A DNA stretch of 64,000 bases, taken from positions 38,564,001 through 38,628,000 of the forward strand of contig NW_025964372.1 in NCBI RefSeq assembly GCF_023055435.1, written 5' to 3'. The notes under the pieces were generated by a model, which was given only the letters and a program-made list of their open reading frames with translations, searched no databases and was not told where the DNA came from. Within the stretch, counting starts at the first letter, position 1; each line of letters starts with the position of its first letter. Shown in pieces: positions 11,396 to 24,727 of the stretch. Both the position numbers and the translations under genes were made by a program. This stretch comes from Haliotis rufescens (taxonomy: Eukaryota).

Positions 11396-12709
11396 TGTGT
11401 GAATTCATGGTGAAACTGTCAATTCTTCCACTCAACCATGGGATGAGATAATGACCACAACATTCAGCTAACATCCTGTGTGCTGTTTGTACAGGATTTG
11501 ATGTGAATACTTTACTGAAATTTGAATTGGATGTACTTTTAAACAACACTGACAGCTTGTGCATTGTATGTTACGTTCACATGTAACATCATTTCCGTTT
11601 CATAGTTTCCATAGATTGACTGTCTGCCTGTGTGATAATGTGATTTACATATCAAATAATGAAATATTGTACTACACACTGGAGTGTTTTAATGTTTCGA
11701 TTGCAGCTTAACACATCTTCTTACATCAAGTGACGCGTGCATGTGTAAGCGTTACTGTTATGAATGTACAGAGATGTTGCTCCAAGCTGTGTACAGTGAT
11801 TAGCCCCTGCCTACAGAAACAAATACCTTGTTGGGTTGTGTTTCGCCGTTGTCAGACATTCTTTATATATAGACTCACAACACCAGATACACTTCCAAAT
11901 TTCATTTTAATCATAATATTTCAATTACTAAATACAGTTAAGTTAGCGAGAAAATAAGTCAATTCTTAACATTAAGTTCACTGATGGCCTATACTCGGTT
12001 CTCTGCAAACACGGGTTCGTCTATTCAAATAAATATAACTTTAGCCAAAAACATATTGGGAATTAGTCAGGCAGGGTAGGGTGACTACGGCAGTCTGTAA
12101 TTTGTTGTCTCCAATCTAGGACCTTTACAACTTAAACTGTAACGGATTTGTTTTCTTCTCTCATGATCAGTGTACACACACACACGCACGCACGCACACA
12201 CGCACACACACACACACACGCATGCACGCACGCACCCCAAACAAAACAAACAAACTGTCGTCATTGTTCCTGGCGTTGATAAAATACTTGGCAATTTATG
12301 AAGTCAATGTCTTGCTGAACTATGTACCAATCCAGATATGCAGAAAATTATCAGATTGTAGAGCTTTCTTTTTGATATTGCATCTTTAAATTATTGATTG
12401 TACCTACAACTCACATCAAAAGGAGGGACCATGGTGATAGAAAGCCAGCAACTCATTAATGTGATTACTACATCAATATTGACATTAAGTATGGGACATT
12501 GCACCTGTAATTCTGTTTGTGTAACCTGAACATATTATTTGAATCACCTGCGCTAGAAACATACTTTCCGTCACTACGCAAGCGAGCTACATTCATGTGA
12601 TGTTCAATATATCTCAATAAAAACTGCGGATATTATTGTTATTATTGTTAATAACCATGTCTAACCAGGTTGGCGTCTCTGCGCAGAGGGTATGGTGGCT
12701 TAGCATTGG

Positions 12710-12734
12710 TTGTTATTGTTGATCCATCGTCCAG

Positions 12735-12766
<32 letters not shown>

Positions 12767-12791
12767 CTGGACGATGGATCAACAATAACAA
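12710..12791. repeat. Perfect 82-bp palindrome with (AT)n centre (72-bp copy at 44913-44984)
   Basis: TTGTTATTGTTGATCCATCGTCCAGTT-(AT)n-AACTGGACGATGGATCAACAATAACAA. Confidence 0.95.
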
Positions 12792-14069
12792 TATTCGTTA
12801 TATATACAGTCTTTAACGAATAAGGTCAATAAAAAAGTAAAGAGACATGATAAAAAAATTAGTAAACGTTAATTGATTTTAATTAACTTGAGGAAACTAC
12901 TCATACCTTCAGAAATTTGTATTTGACCATCATTTACACACGCTACAAGATGCCCTTTTAAAAATACATACATAATTTAGTATCTAAAGAGGACCAGCCC
13001 ATACGATATTCTTATGATGGAAAAACTGCCAGTATTCGAAACAGCTCTTCTTAATATTTGAGAGTAGATAGGCCCTAAGTTTATGCTTGTATGGTAACCA
13101 TGAACACACAATGCCATTTAGAAAGTGGTCAAATGTAACAAATGTTACATTTGGGATAACTATTTCTGAGTAAAGTACAGATTCTCGTACATTTTCTGAG
13201 CGCCGTCCTGGATTCGAACCCATACTTACAGAGTGAGTACGAGATTCTGTACTTTACTCAGAAAGTGTGATCCCAAATATAACACTTGTTACTTTTAACC
13301 ACTTTCTAAATTGCATTGTGCTTTCATAGCTTTCGGCCATGGGAGCTGTGCCAATTTACACACGTCAGAGGGGTAGAAAAAGTACGTGATCTAGACTACC
13401 AGTTATTGGATTTTCATTTTGTGGAAGCCTCTGTGGCTGAGTGGGTTAGATCGCTGACTATGTGTGCTGGCGATTAGGTGCCTCACTCTTGCAGTGTGGG
13501 TTCGAATCCCGGAGTATTGTCGAATTATAGATTATTATTTTAATTGTTCGCAACTAGTTTTACTTCTAAACTGTGATAGTCTAGTTATTATACTGTCCGT
13601 CGTTAACAGAGTTTATTCATCTAAGTTTAAATTGCATTAATGTTCTCGTCACTATATGGCTGAAATAAAAATGACGTAAAATTTTAACTCACTCACTCGA
13701 ATTTCGGACGGGACTCAACCCCCAAACGTACAGGAATCTGTACTTAACTCAGAAAGTGTTACATGGTAACCACGGCCTGTAGAAAATATAGTAAAGCGTC
13801 CATGGTTGACTTGGGGTAAAGGCAAGTGGTGGTGTAGCGACTTGAATTAAATGTGTTTGATGCCAATTTGTGTGAGCATAATCCCCTAAATGTATTCTCG
13901 TACTAATCGAAAACAAAAATATACAGAAGGTCCTGTTTTGCAAAGAATGGGTTGCCTAAAATGTAGCAGCTTTGGTTGGCTCTACATATGAGGATCTGGA
14001 ACCGAATTGAGCATGATTCATTTCTTGATAAATAATCATATTATAGTGTGATCTTATCTCGATTCCATC

Positions 14070-14607
14070 CAGTGTTCATGTAGACTTTACATTTAGTGTT
14101 CATGTAGTCTTTTCATTAAGTGTTCATGTAGTCTTTACATTTAGTGTTCATGTAGTCTTTTCATTTAGTTTTCATGTAGTCTTTACATTTAGTGTTCATG
14201 TAGTCTTTTCATTAAGTGTTCATGTAGTCTTTACATTTAGTGTTCATGTAGTCTTTTCATTTAGTGTTCATGTAGTCTTTTCATTTAGTGTTCATGTAGT
14301 CTTTTCATTTAGTGTTCACGTAGTCTTTTCATTTAGTGTTTACGTAGTCTTTTCATTTAGTGTTCATGTAGTCTTTTCATTTAGTGTTCGTGTAGTCTTT
14401 TCATTTAGTGTTCATGCAGTCTTTACATTTAGTGTTTTTGTAGTCTTTTCATTTAGTGTTCATGTAGTCTTTTCATTTAGTGTTCGTGTAGTCTTTTCAT
14501 TTCGTGTTCATGCAGTCTTTACATTTAGTGTTTTTGTAGTCTTTTCATTTAGTGTTCATGTTGTCTTTTCATTTAGTGGTCACGTAGTTTTTTCAATTGG
14601 AGTTCAT
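14070..14607. repeat. 24-bp minisatellite, ~22 units
   Basis: Duplicate of 1056-1593. Confidence 0.95.
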
Positions 14608-16451
14608 ATCACCACAAGTTGACATTTATATAGTTCGTGTCGTATCGGGGTATTGAGTGAATGCGTCACATGGTTGCTATGAGACAGGAGTGTGGACGTG
14701 AGACGCAGCAAAACAAGAAGTGGAGAAGTATCGTCGGCTGTTACAAATGCACACGGCGCCCACAGCTTCACTTGTTGTTTTGCTGTGTGTAAATAGATGT
14801 CACGTTATTGGTCAGCTAGGGTGTTTTAGTTGAAACATTATTTATATTTCTCAATAAACCGGAGTGATAGTTTTATATCAGTCATGTAGTATACAACCCA
14901 AATGACGTGAACAAAAACATTCTATCTTTGTAGAGAGGAAAGAGACACATCTTTCAGTGTCCCCTGCTATTTCTTGAATGACTATCTGTGGCGACTAATG
15001 GGATCGGGTATTCAGACTCGCTGACGTGGTTGTTTCATGTCTTCGTATCCCAATGCATCACTGCAGAAAATGATTGCGGGAGCGGATGTATGTTGTTTGA
15101 CCAGCCGACACTATTCCAGTTTTATCACTGCCTGTAAATAATTGAATCTTAGAAAGGCATACAAGAGGTTTAAAACAACGATCCACCCGTTAGGAGTAGG
15201 ATCCCAATCAATCAGCCAGGAAACTACCCGACCCCTGTCGATCAGATCTTTCCATTGAGTGAGTGAGTGAGTGAGTGAGTGAGTATGGTTTGACGCCGCT
15301 TTAAGCAATTTTGCAGCCATATAAAGGCACCCATGTTGGGCATCGAACCCGGGTTTAAGGCGTGACGAGCGAACTCCTTAACCACTAGGCTATCCCATCG
15401 CTACTAGATCCGACATTTGTGGAGAACTCGTTGAGTTTGGTTGGTGGCTTTTTATGGTTCATTATTTACATAGCTGGCAACAAACAACGTTTGTTTTTTA
15501 AGAATATAAGGGGTCACAACATGCCGTGTCGTCGGTGCAGTGTCCTGTGCAGAGTTGCGTCCCTTAGGCTAACCGGAAACCTATGATTGTAAGTTCGAAT
15601 CTCATATTCAACCTGATTGGGCGTTTTAGCACCATATTCGTTCTCATTGGTTTCACCAACCTCGCGGACATGTGCTATGTGGATTTAAATCTCGTTTTTG
15701 TTGTTTCTGTCAGGTACAATTGATAATTTCATCAAAATCTAAAAGGTGAAAGGCAGAGGACAATTCACCCATGTCCCAATAAAAACTGTTAGGCGTGTAA
15801 CATATGGACTGTGTAACAATAGGATGGATACAAAACGAGAAGCGCTGGAAAAAATAGAGGTTGAAATGTTTAATGAAGCGTCACATGATATATGATTTAC
15901 ATCACACTTTTGGAATAAAACATCTGTAGTAGTAGACATCAGCTCGACTGCTCAGTCATGGTAGTCGTAGTAGTGAGTGAGTATGGTTTTACGCCGCTTT
16001 AAGCAATAGTTCAGCAATATCACGGCGGAGTAGCAGTAGTTGTAGCAGTAGCAGTATTGGTATTGACAGTAGCAGTAGAAGCAGGCAGTACAATAAGTAG
16101 CAGTAGGTGTAGTAGTAGCAGTATTTGGTATTGATAGTAGTAGCAGCAGAGAGCACTAGTAGTAGCAGTAGCAGTAGTAGTGAACAGAACAGTAGCAGTA
16201 GCTGTAGTAGTAGCAGAAGCTGTAGCAGTGACGGCGATAGTGATAGGATTCGTATGAAGGGAAGTTGCCTGAAGGAGTACTATATGACTGGGTCTGACTA
16301 TAACACATCTATAACGTACTTTCACATTTAGTCTGTACACATGAAACAGAGCGAACATGACTATAAGTATAACAACATTGACTTGAAAAGTGTGAGGCAG
16401 GTGAAGAGGTAGTTCATCAGGTATGAAGCTGGCACGTGACTGAAGAGGAAG

Positions 16452-18169
16452 TCAGCGTTTTCTCAGTCTCTGTGTCTCCGTCGCGCCATCCTTGGTCTGA
16501 GCCTGGGAACAAAAACAAGCACAGAGTAAGGCCAAGTCGTCTGAGTCACCGCAATTCGCTGTGCAGGGTTGTGTCCCTTGACGTGCCGAACTTATGATCG
16601 TGGGTTCGAATCCCAGACTCGCCTTCATAATGACGCTTGGTTTGCCGCTTAGAAGTCTTTCACAAGTAATCTCGAAGTCTGGGGCTCCCATGGACCATAT
16701 AAGGCATCATTTTGCAACACTGCTGAACCGGATATACAAATACCTTGTTTAAATATTTAGTTGAGTAAAAACAATTCTTGAGCTAGCTAAGTTCTCAAAA
16801 TAGTGGCTTTATTAAATAGTGTTGCGAACATTAGGCAATAAGTTCTTTACAAGTTGGCATTACATTGATGCGTGGAGCTCAATAGAAGTTGTGATTGACA
16901 CTGCTTTTAACAGTATTACAGTTATATCACGGCGTGTCAGCTCAATGTTGGAGGAAAGTCCGAAGTGATGCAGGTCTGTGACGTTTAGCACTTCGGTGAC
17001 ATCCACGAGAACGGGTATGATGCTGACAAACCTAGATACATAATCGGGGCGAACCGAGATTCGAACCCACAATCATAGGTTTCTGGAGTGCCCAAGGAAC
17101 GCAACTCTGCACTGCGAATCGCGGCGCCTTAGACGACTGGGCCACCCATGCCCCCTCAATAGACGTAATCCTGATTGGGAACAACATCTGTATATTATCA
17201 GATTGCTTTAGAGCTTTGACAACGCTATCTATTTTATGACAAATCATCTCAAACGATAAGGAAAGATATATCGAATTAATGGAGCGTTACTGTATAAGAA
17301 ATGAGTGTAATTGGTGAAATTATGAAGAATACTGAATAGTATTTATGAAACAGAAAGGTCATCTTAGGAACGCGATATCCAACATACACAAGAGCGGATT
17401 TAAGGAATCGGATCCCACTCCAACCCTGAAGTTAAACATGTTTGTTTGTTTGAGTCTGGACCAGACAATCTCGTGATTGACACCATGAGCATCGATCCAC
17501 GTAAATGGGATACAATTCCAAGTCACCGAGCGTGACCACGCAATCCATTTATTCGCCTCGGACGACAAGCTTATGTTGCTGGGGACGTATATTCTTTACC
17601 GGAATCCCCAGGGGTAGTTAAACATGGGAACCACCCACCGTATTAATACCTCTCCCTGGGGACAAAAGATTCAGAAAAGTCTGAGAATTTCAATTTCACA
17701 TGTATGTAGGTACGTTCAAAAGATTTCATTATGATATTAGATCTAGACCAAGGTAAGTATTCATTTCACTCAATACTTCACGGGCTTGTGGAGGAACTTT
17801 GGGGACGGAGCAATGGAGTAAAATGTGCCCTACTGAAGCAATGTGTGGAGTACATGGCCATAAGTACTTTACATGCTGCACGGAAAATATTGTTCTGTCA
17901 TCTCTGAGCGGTCATTGGTTATGCTTTCCCTCTTGCTGGAAGGAGGTCGTGTCTTTATTGGTCGGTTTGTAATAACAACTACATCCCTAAAAGCGGTCGT
18001 ATGTATTCACGGTAAAGGGAGGAGCGCAGTGTATACAAACAAGTGATGTTTTGACGAAGGATGAAATGACTTATTGTAATGACGAAGTCTCCATCTCTAT
18101 CCAAGTGCATGATGACACCGTTCTTGTCTTGAGTCATCTTCTCGATGAAGAGTTCGTTTCGTAGAGGCT
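16452..18169 (-). pseudogene. Orphan FABP-A exons 3 (18075..18169, disabled) and 4 (16452..16502, intact)
   Basis: Same lesions as the 3438-5155 copy. Confidence 0.85.
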
Positions 18170-18265
18170 CTGAAACAAGTAGGAAAGTAGGAAAGATGTT
18201 TATAAACATAATGCAGATACACAGATGAATTGTTCTTGACCATAAGCGCGAGATGCCCAACTCTC

Positions 18266-20430
18266 GGTTATGGGCCGGAAGAGCGGAACCTAGCCATAAT
18301 CAACTCTAAAATCTCTTCGCTTTCGTGAAGCTACAGTAAGACTGGTCACGCTACAGTAAACACGGGATATTGCTGTACCAGGACTCTCAAATTACAAGAA
18401 AAACACAGAAATGCGTATACCGTATTTACAGTAGTAATTTATTAGATGCTGAAGTATAGTATAGTTGCACAAAAGTACTTTACATTTAACAAATTTAATA
18501 ACTCTAATACTTTAATATTTCATAGATGTACATTATACTTTCTACAAAAACAACAATTACTTATATCTTAAAATATGGTTAATACATAAATACATTCTAT
18601 AATAAATTTGTCATTCACTCCAAGTGGATCAGGTCACCAACGTGATCTGTGTACTCAACGAATTGGCATCCTGCCACCCACGTTGTCGTGACGTAGTCCA
18701 TGAAGGCTGCGACCCTGCGACCCGCGGGACTGTCAGCGATGGCTTGGAGCCAGATGTCGTCGACTTGTCCAAGGGAAGCAGAGGCAAGGCTGCAGCTCTT
18801 CTCACCAGTCGTCGCACTTCATCATTGTTCTTGTAGTCCGTAGCCAGACCTTCCTTCTGTACTCGACGCCAAATGCACTGGGTGAAGTGAAAATAACAGC
18901 CCCTGATCAAAGTGTTTGGAAAGGCACTCCGTACGGCATTGTGGGCCTCGATTTCAAAGTCTAACTGGAAAGTTCTTGGATTGAAGTAACAATTCTGCTG
19001 TTGAGCCATTAGACGTAAATGTTCAAATGTCCTGGTGTACGTATTTTCGGACTTGTTCGGGAGCAGACAGTACACAAGCGGGAACATGTGGCCTTAGAAT
19101 TCAGCATGCAATGTGTAGATCTGCTCAAACAGTCGTGGAGCCGAGGAGAAGGTGCCGTCACCAAACACTTCATCTGCTGCACAAAGGTGCTCAATATTTG
19201 TTGTTGTGCTTGCTTATGGGAGAGTGTTGTTGCCATATGGGCTGTAGGGTGCTTGGATGAGGGTCGTGTTGTGGTGGTCATTTTGAGGTTTGTTTTGCAT
19301 GCGGGGGTTGATGTTTTGGCTATGTGAGATGTGGGAGGGTTCGTGGTTGGTTGAATGGCTGCTTGTGTGTGTGAGGTGGGTGCGGTTTCTCGGTAGGGGC
19401 CCCAGACAGAGCTGTCGGTTATTAGTGTGGTGTTTGTTTGTGGGATGGTGTTTGGGTGTGGTGTAGGGAGGAGTGGTTTAGATGCAGGTGTAGCAAATTT
19501 TCGTGTTTGGATTTAAGCCGTGTCTATGTGTATGTGTTTGTTGGCCTGCTGGGTGAGTGTGTGTCTGTTTGGGCATTGGTTTGAAAGTGAAGTGTGTTGG
19601 GTAGATTTGCAGTGGATGCACCAGGGTGTGCATGTGCCTGGGCAGTCTGTTTGTGCGCATTTTTTACATTTAGTTTTACGGTATGTGCATTGGGAGGCAG
19701 TGTGGTTGTATTTGAGGCACTTTGAACATTGCTTAACCTGCTTTATATAGGGTTTGACTTCTATACTTCACATATGTGTTTGGGGGCTTCAGGGAATTTA
19801 GCTGTCTTTTTGAAGTTGATTATGACAATGGAGGTTGGGACCGTTTTTCCGTTTCTAGTTGAGGTTATTCTACGCGTGCTAGTGATTAGGGGTTGAGGGT
19901 TTTGGTCTTGGTTTATGTTAGCTTCTAGAGAGAATAATTGTAAGTCCTCAATTGTTTCCCTTGGGTTAACCCTAATTACGCCTCGTGTATATTGTTGCCA
20001 ATTAGGTGTTTGTTTGATTACCGTGACGTGGAATATTTGAGTTATTTTATTTGCTGCGTTCTAAGATTCTCGGTTAGGGAAGATTATCTGGTATCCTTTG
20101 TTGGCTTTTTTAATATTGTTGTAATTTATTTTTTCTCTTTTAAACCAAAGTCCTAAACATAGATAAATAAGTTGCAATCTTTATATATACCATCAAATAC
20201 ATACTGTATGTATTCTTAAGAAACGACTCTCCTCTCCTCTCCTCTCCTGTCCTCTCCTCTCCTCTCCTCTCCTCTGTTTGAACAGCACGGGCGCTAATCT
20301 AAACTACAGTAATCCGGTGTTTTTATAGCCATTACTGTTTTCTCGCTTTCGTGGGACAAATACCCCAACTTGGGTTTTCGCTTTACTGAAACTAGGGAAA
20401 ATTGGATTTTCGCTAACCCGGCACGACACC
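18266..20430 (-). mobile_element. Second copy of the defective MULE (duplicated with the unit)
   Basis: Same insertion site, TSD and transposase lesions as 5252-7437. Confidence 0.85.
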
Positions 20431-21704
20431 CAACTCTCTTCCGTTAGCGAAGTGGGAAGCGGGACAATCTCATTAACCTTGGATCTTTGGTCTCACTACC
20501 GCTAAACGAAATATGTGATGTCAGCCCACTTTTTGGTTATGTCAGAATGACCTTTCACGCGACCAATCAGAAAGTCGCTTACCAGATCGGCCAAGTGATT
20601 NNNNNNNNNNNNNNNNNNNNNNNNNNNNNNNNNNNNNNNNNNNNNNNNNNNNNNNNNNNNNNNNNNNNNNNNNNNNNNNNNNNNNNNNNNNNNNNNNNNN
20701 NNNNNNNNNNNNNNNNNNNNNNNNNNNNNNNNNNNNNNNNNNNNNNNNNNNNNNNNNNNNNNNNNNNNNNNNNNNNNNNAAAAATCTTGAACGCAACGTT
20801 GAACCCCATTTCACCTCGTCTTGAACTGTAAAAAATGACCTAGTGATTGACGAAGTTCCGTTTAATATGAACCGAAGCGCACATAAAATATACACCTGAA
20901 TAGCGGAAGTCTTGTCAAAACGAAACAAGGATTACAGTTGTCTGACAGGTGAAGGACGCTCTCTCGCTCGCTGTGTTCAAACCATCGGCACCAACTCAGG
21001 TAAGGGGTAAACTGTTCACACAACTGTACTGAACAATGGTTGTATGTGTAGCAGTATTTACCAGATTTAGTAGTTTACACTCAGTTGTTGACAACACAGC
21101 CACACCCTGTTAGATATACAACTGCAGATATTGTAACAGTCATTTGTCAGTCAGTCAGTATCACATAGATCAGGTGATACTTAACACAGCTGCCGACTGT
21201 CCCGTGATTACGCGTGTGACTGTTTGTGACTGAAGCCATATTGAAGTGGAAGTAAACCATGTGTGGATTCCACAGAGTAAATCGTTACAAGGAGTTTGTG
21301 TTAGACTCTAGAGTTGTGTCCCTTTGATCATCTTGTGCCAAAAGATACCCGAAGTAAACGATGATTACAGAGTTGTGTCCCTTTGATATTCATGCTCACC
21401 ATCTGCACTTCAGGCATCTGATTCACTTTATATGTTAGACACTTGAGGTTTGTACATTTTAATGTTTAAAAGTGTGTCAGAAGTCGTCTTTGGGTATGCT
21501 TTTTTTAATAGGGTTGACTGCAAAGTTGCGTGAAATATAATTGTATAGACTAAGAAAGTGAAGTTTGACACGTTACTGGATAGTTGTAGATTCCATCCAA
21601 CATAAGGTATGAGAAACTGATATCTGACCTACGAAGAAACTACCACAATTTGCATTTATCGCTCATTTTCAGATAGGCGATTTTCACATACATACATACA
21701 TACA

Positions 21705-21740
<36 letters not shown>

Positions 21741-22057
21741 TACATGTATATATATATATGATATATAAGTTATATATAGAACCAAGGTGTTTGTTTGCAA
21801 TTAAACCATTGTTGTTCAAAAGTGATTTATAAGTGCCTTTGCAAAGGGCAAATCAGTGATTAACATTATTTGAATGGACTCCTGAAAACACCATGCAAAG
21901 TGTAGCTGTTTCTGTAGGTTTTGATGTAAAACAAGTGAATTTTAATACTCATGCAGTTATTATCGAATAATGGAATGGTTATGTATATTTAAAGTTTAAA
22001 TCATCTACTCACGGCTTTTGTCTGTATATTCCTGTATTGTCAGTTCCAAGTTTCGCA

Positions 22058-23889
22058 ATGTCCTGTGAGAGCCGAGAATCTGGATATGTGGACAACTGGC
22101 AGTCAGGGAAGACTGTCACAGAGTGTAATCTGCGTATGCTCGACACGGAAGACTTCTGTGACGTCACTTTCCTGTTGGGGTCAGAGAAACAGGTGGTCCG
22201 AGCTCACCGCTACGTTCTTGTCAGTCGCAGCTGTGTCTTCCATGCAATGTTCTGTGGCCCCCTGGCGGAGAAAGGGGAGGTAACCATTCCTGACATTGCG
22301 GCAGACATCTTCAAAGAGTTCCTGAGGTTCGATTAATCTTTTAATTTTACAAAACAATCAAATACCCAATGACAAAACACCTTCCATTTTTCTTTGCGTG
22401 ATATATACCAATGTCTCGAAGTCACTTGGCAGACAGAAATGTATTCCTCCACAATGAGGGTCAATTTAATATTTCCTTGAAGTGTTCAGTCATCCTGCTT
22501 CATCAAGGTAGCCTAGTTGTATCTGTGATACATGACTAAGAAGTAAGAATATCATGTAGGTTAACATATAAAGGTTACTATAAACGTCCTCACTACAGAA
22601 TAACCAGTATGAATTATCCCATGAAACAGATTCCATTGGGTGTAAAAGTGCCGATGAAAATGTTGTAAATGGATCACTGAAATGTCTGAACAAGTGACAA
22701 ATGTAAAAGACAACCTAACCTGATTGTGCTATTTGGATTTGAATTAAGTTGAAACCTTGGTTTTAATTAATCGTAACATTGTATTCCTACACACTGTTGT
22801 AGGTATGTGTACACAGACAAGACTACTATCAACACTGAAACAGTCACAGGACTGATGTACACCTCCAGGAAGTATTCTCTAGATGCATTGTACGATCTGT
22901 GTGTAACGTTCCTGGAGACGTCCCTGTCAGAAGATAATGCCTGCCAGATCCTGGAGCAGTGTCATGGTTACGGGGAGCTAGACCTGGAACAGAAGGCCCT
23001 GAAGATCCTGACTGAAGGAGGGGAGAGTGTCATCAAATCTCCAGGATTTGTAGGTCTTTGTCCTGACTGTCTGGAAAAGTTCCTTAAATCAAACACTCTG
23101 AACCTGAAAGAGTCCGACATATTTGAAGCAGTCGTGTCGTGGACAAAGGAGCGGTGCAGGAAGGAAGGTGTGAGTGACACGCCAGAAAACAGACGGAGAC
23201 TCCTAGGAGATATGAGGTATGAGATCCGGTTTACCAGCATCCCCCTGGAGTTCCTGGTGAAAGTTGTTGGCCGATCTGGTGTGCTGACAAACAGTGAGAG
23301 AGTTCAGATAATTGACAGATCTGTTGACTCGACTGTTGATATTTCTCCATTTACAACTGTACAGAGAATGAAATCAGGCGTTGCTCAGATACAAGAGTCC
23401 AATATTTGCAAACATGTAAGCAGATTTCCAAACATAACAGAGTGCCATTGTTATTTTCAAGGCAGCAGGCATGCTATCTCGTTTTCTGTCACTCACAGCA
23501 TTCACCTGAAAGGATGTCAGCTCTTCCGTGAAGAGATTAATGAAGACATCCTACTGAGTATATGGGTGTATGACCAAAATAACACAGTGGTTGCTGCACC
23601 CTTAAGGAACACTTTGAAGTCTCTTCACAGGAACCAAGAGATGACTGATGTCCTATTTCCCGAGTCTGTACTACTGCAGCCAAGCACAACCTACACTGTG
23701 TGTGTGGACCTAACTTCCGGGACCTATTACAGCGGGGTTTTTGGAAAGAAGACTGTTACCAGTAATGGAGTACAGTTCACATTCTCACACTCCCTACTGG
23801 ACACTGCAGGAACATCACCAGAGACAGGAAACATACCTGGCTTGATATTCAGCATCCCAAAAGAGATGAAGTGTGTGAATTCATGGTGA
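22058..23889 (+). CDS. BTB-BACK-PHR protein copy G2; join(22058..22326,22803..23889), 451 aa
   Basis: Same exon structure, splice sites and motifs as G1; intact frame. Confidence 0.92.
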
Positions 23890-24076
23890 TACTGTCAATA
23901 CATCCACTCACCCATGGGATGAGATAATGACCGCAACATTCAGCTGACATCCTATGTGCGTTTGTACAGGATTTGATGTGAATACTTTATTGAAATTTCA
24001 ATTGGATGTACTTTTAAACAACACTGACAACTTGTGCATTGTATGTTACGTTCACATGTTACATCATTTCCGTTTC

Positions 24077-24198
24077 AAACAGACAGACAGTTTATTCAGT
24101 AAGAAGGCCATAGGCCCATAATATAGACAATGGTTGATTGCATGAACTACGCATGCCAAGGAAGTAGTCGATTTAAGTTTCTCTTAGCCGTTGACTTA
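24077..24198 (-). mobile_element. Probable 5'-truncated LINE 3' tail inserted in the G2 3' flank
   Basis: Present only in G2. The minus strand reads GGCCTATGGCC...GAATAAA followed by (CTGT)n. Confidence 0.45.
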
Positions 24199-24727
24199 GA
24201 ATGACTGACTGCCTGTGAAATAATGCGATTTACATATCAAATAATCAAATATTGTACTACACACTGAAGTGTTTTAATGTTTCGATTGCAGCTTAACACA
24301 TCTTCTTACATCAAGTGACGCGTGCATGTGTAAGCGTTACTGTTATGAATGTACAGAGATGTTGCTCCAAGCTGTGTACAGTGATTAGCCCCTGCCTACA
24401 GAAACAAATACCTTGTTGGGTTGTGTTTCGCCGCCATCAGTCATTCTTAATATATAGACTAACAACACCAGATACACTTCCAAATTTCATTTTAATCATA
24501 ATATTTCATTTACTAAATACAGTTAAGTTAGCGAGAACATAAGTCAATCTTAACATTAAGTCCAAAAATGGCCTATACTCGGTTCTCTACTAACACAGGT
24601 TCGTCTATTCAAATAAATATAATTTTAGCCAAAAACATATTGGGAATTAGTCAGGCAGGGCAGGGTAGCTACGGCAGTCTGTAATTTGTTGTCTCCAATC
24701 TAGGACCTTTACAACTTCAACTGTAAC

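Noticed and set aside
22968-23240. Antisense 90-aa ORFs inside the BTB genes (also at 35435, 42609)
   Set aside because: They recur only because the sense genes are recent duplicates; the ORF is not called in G1 and has no recognisable motif.
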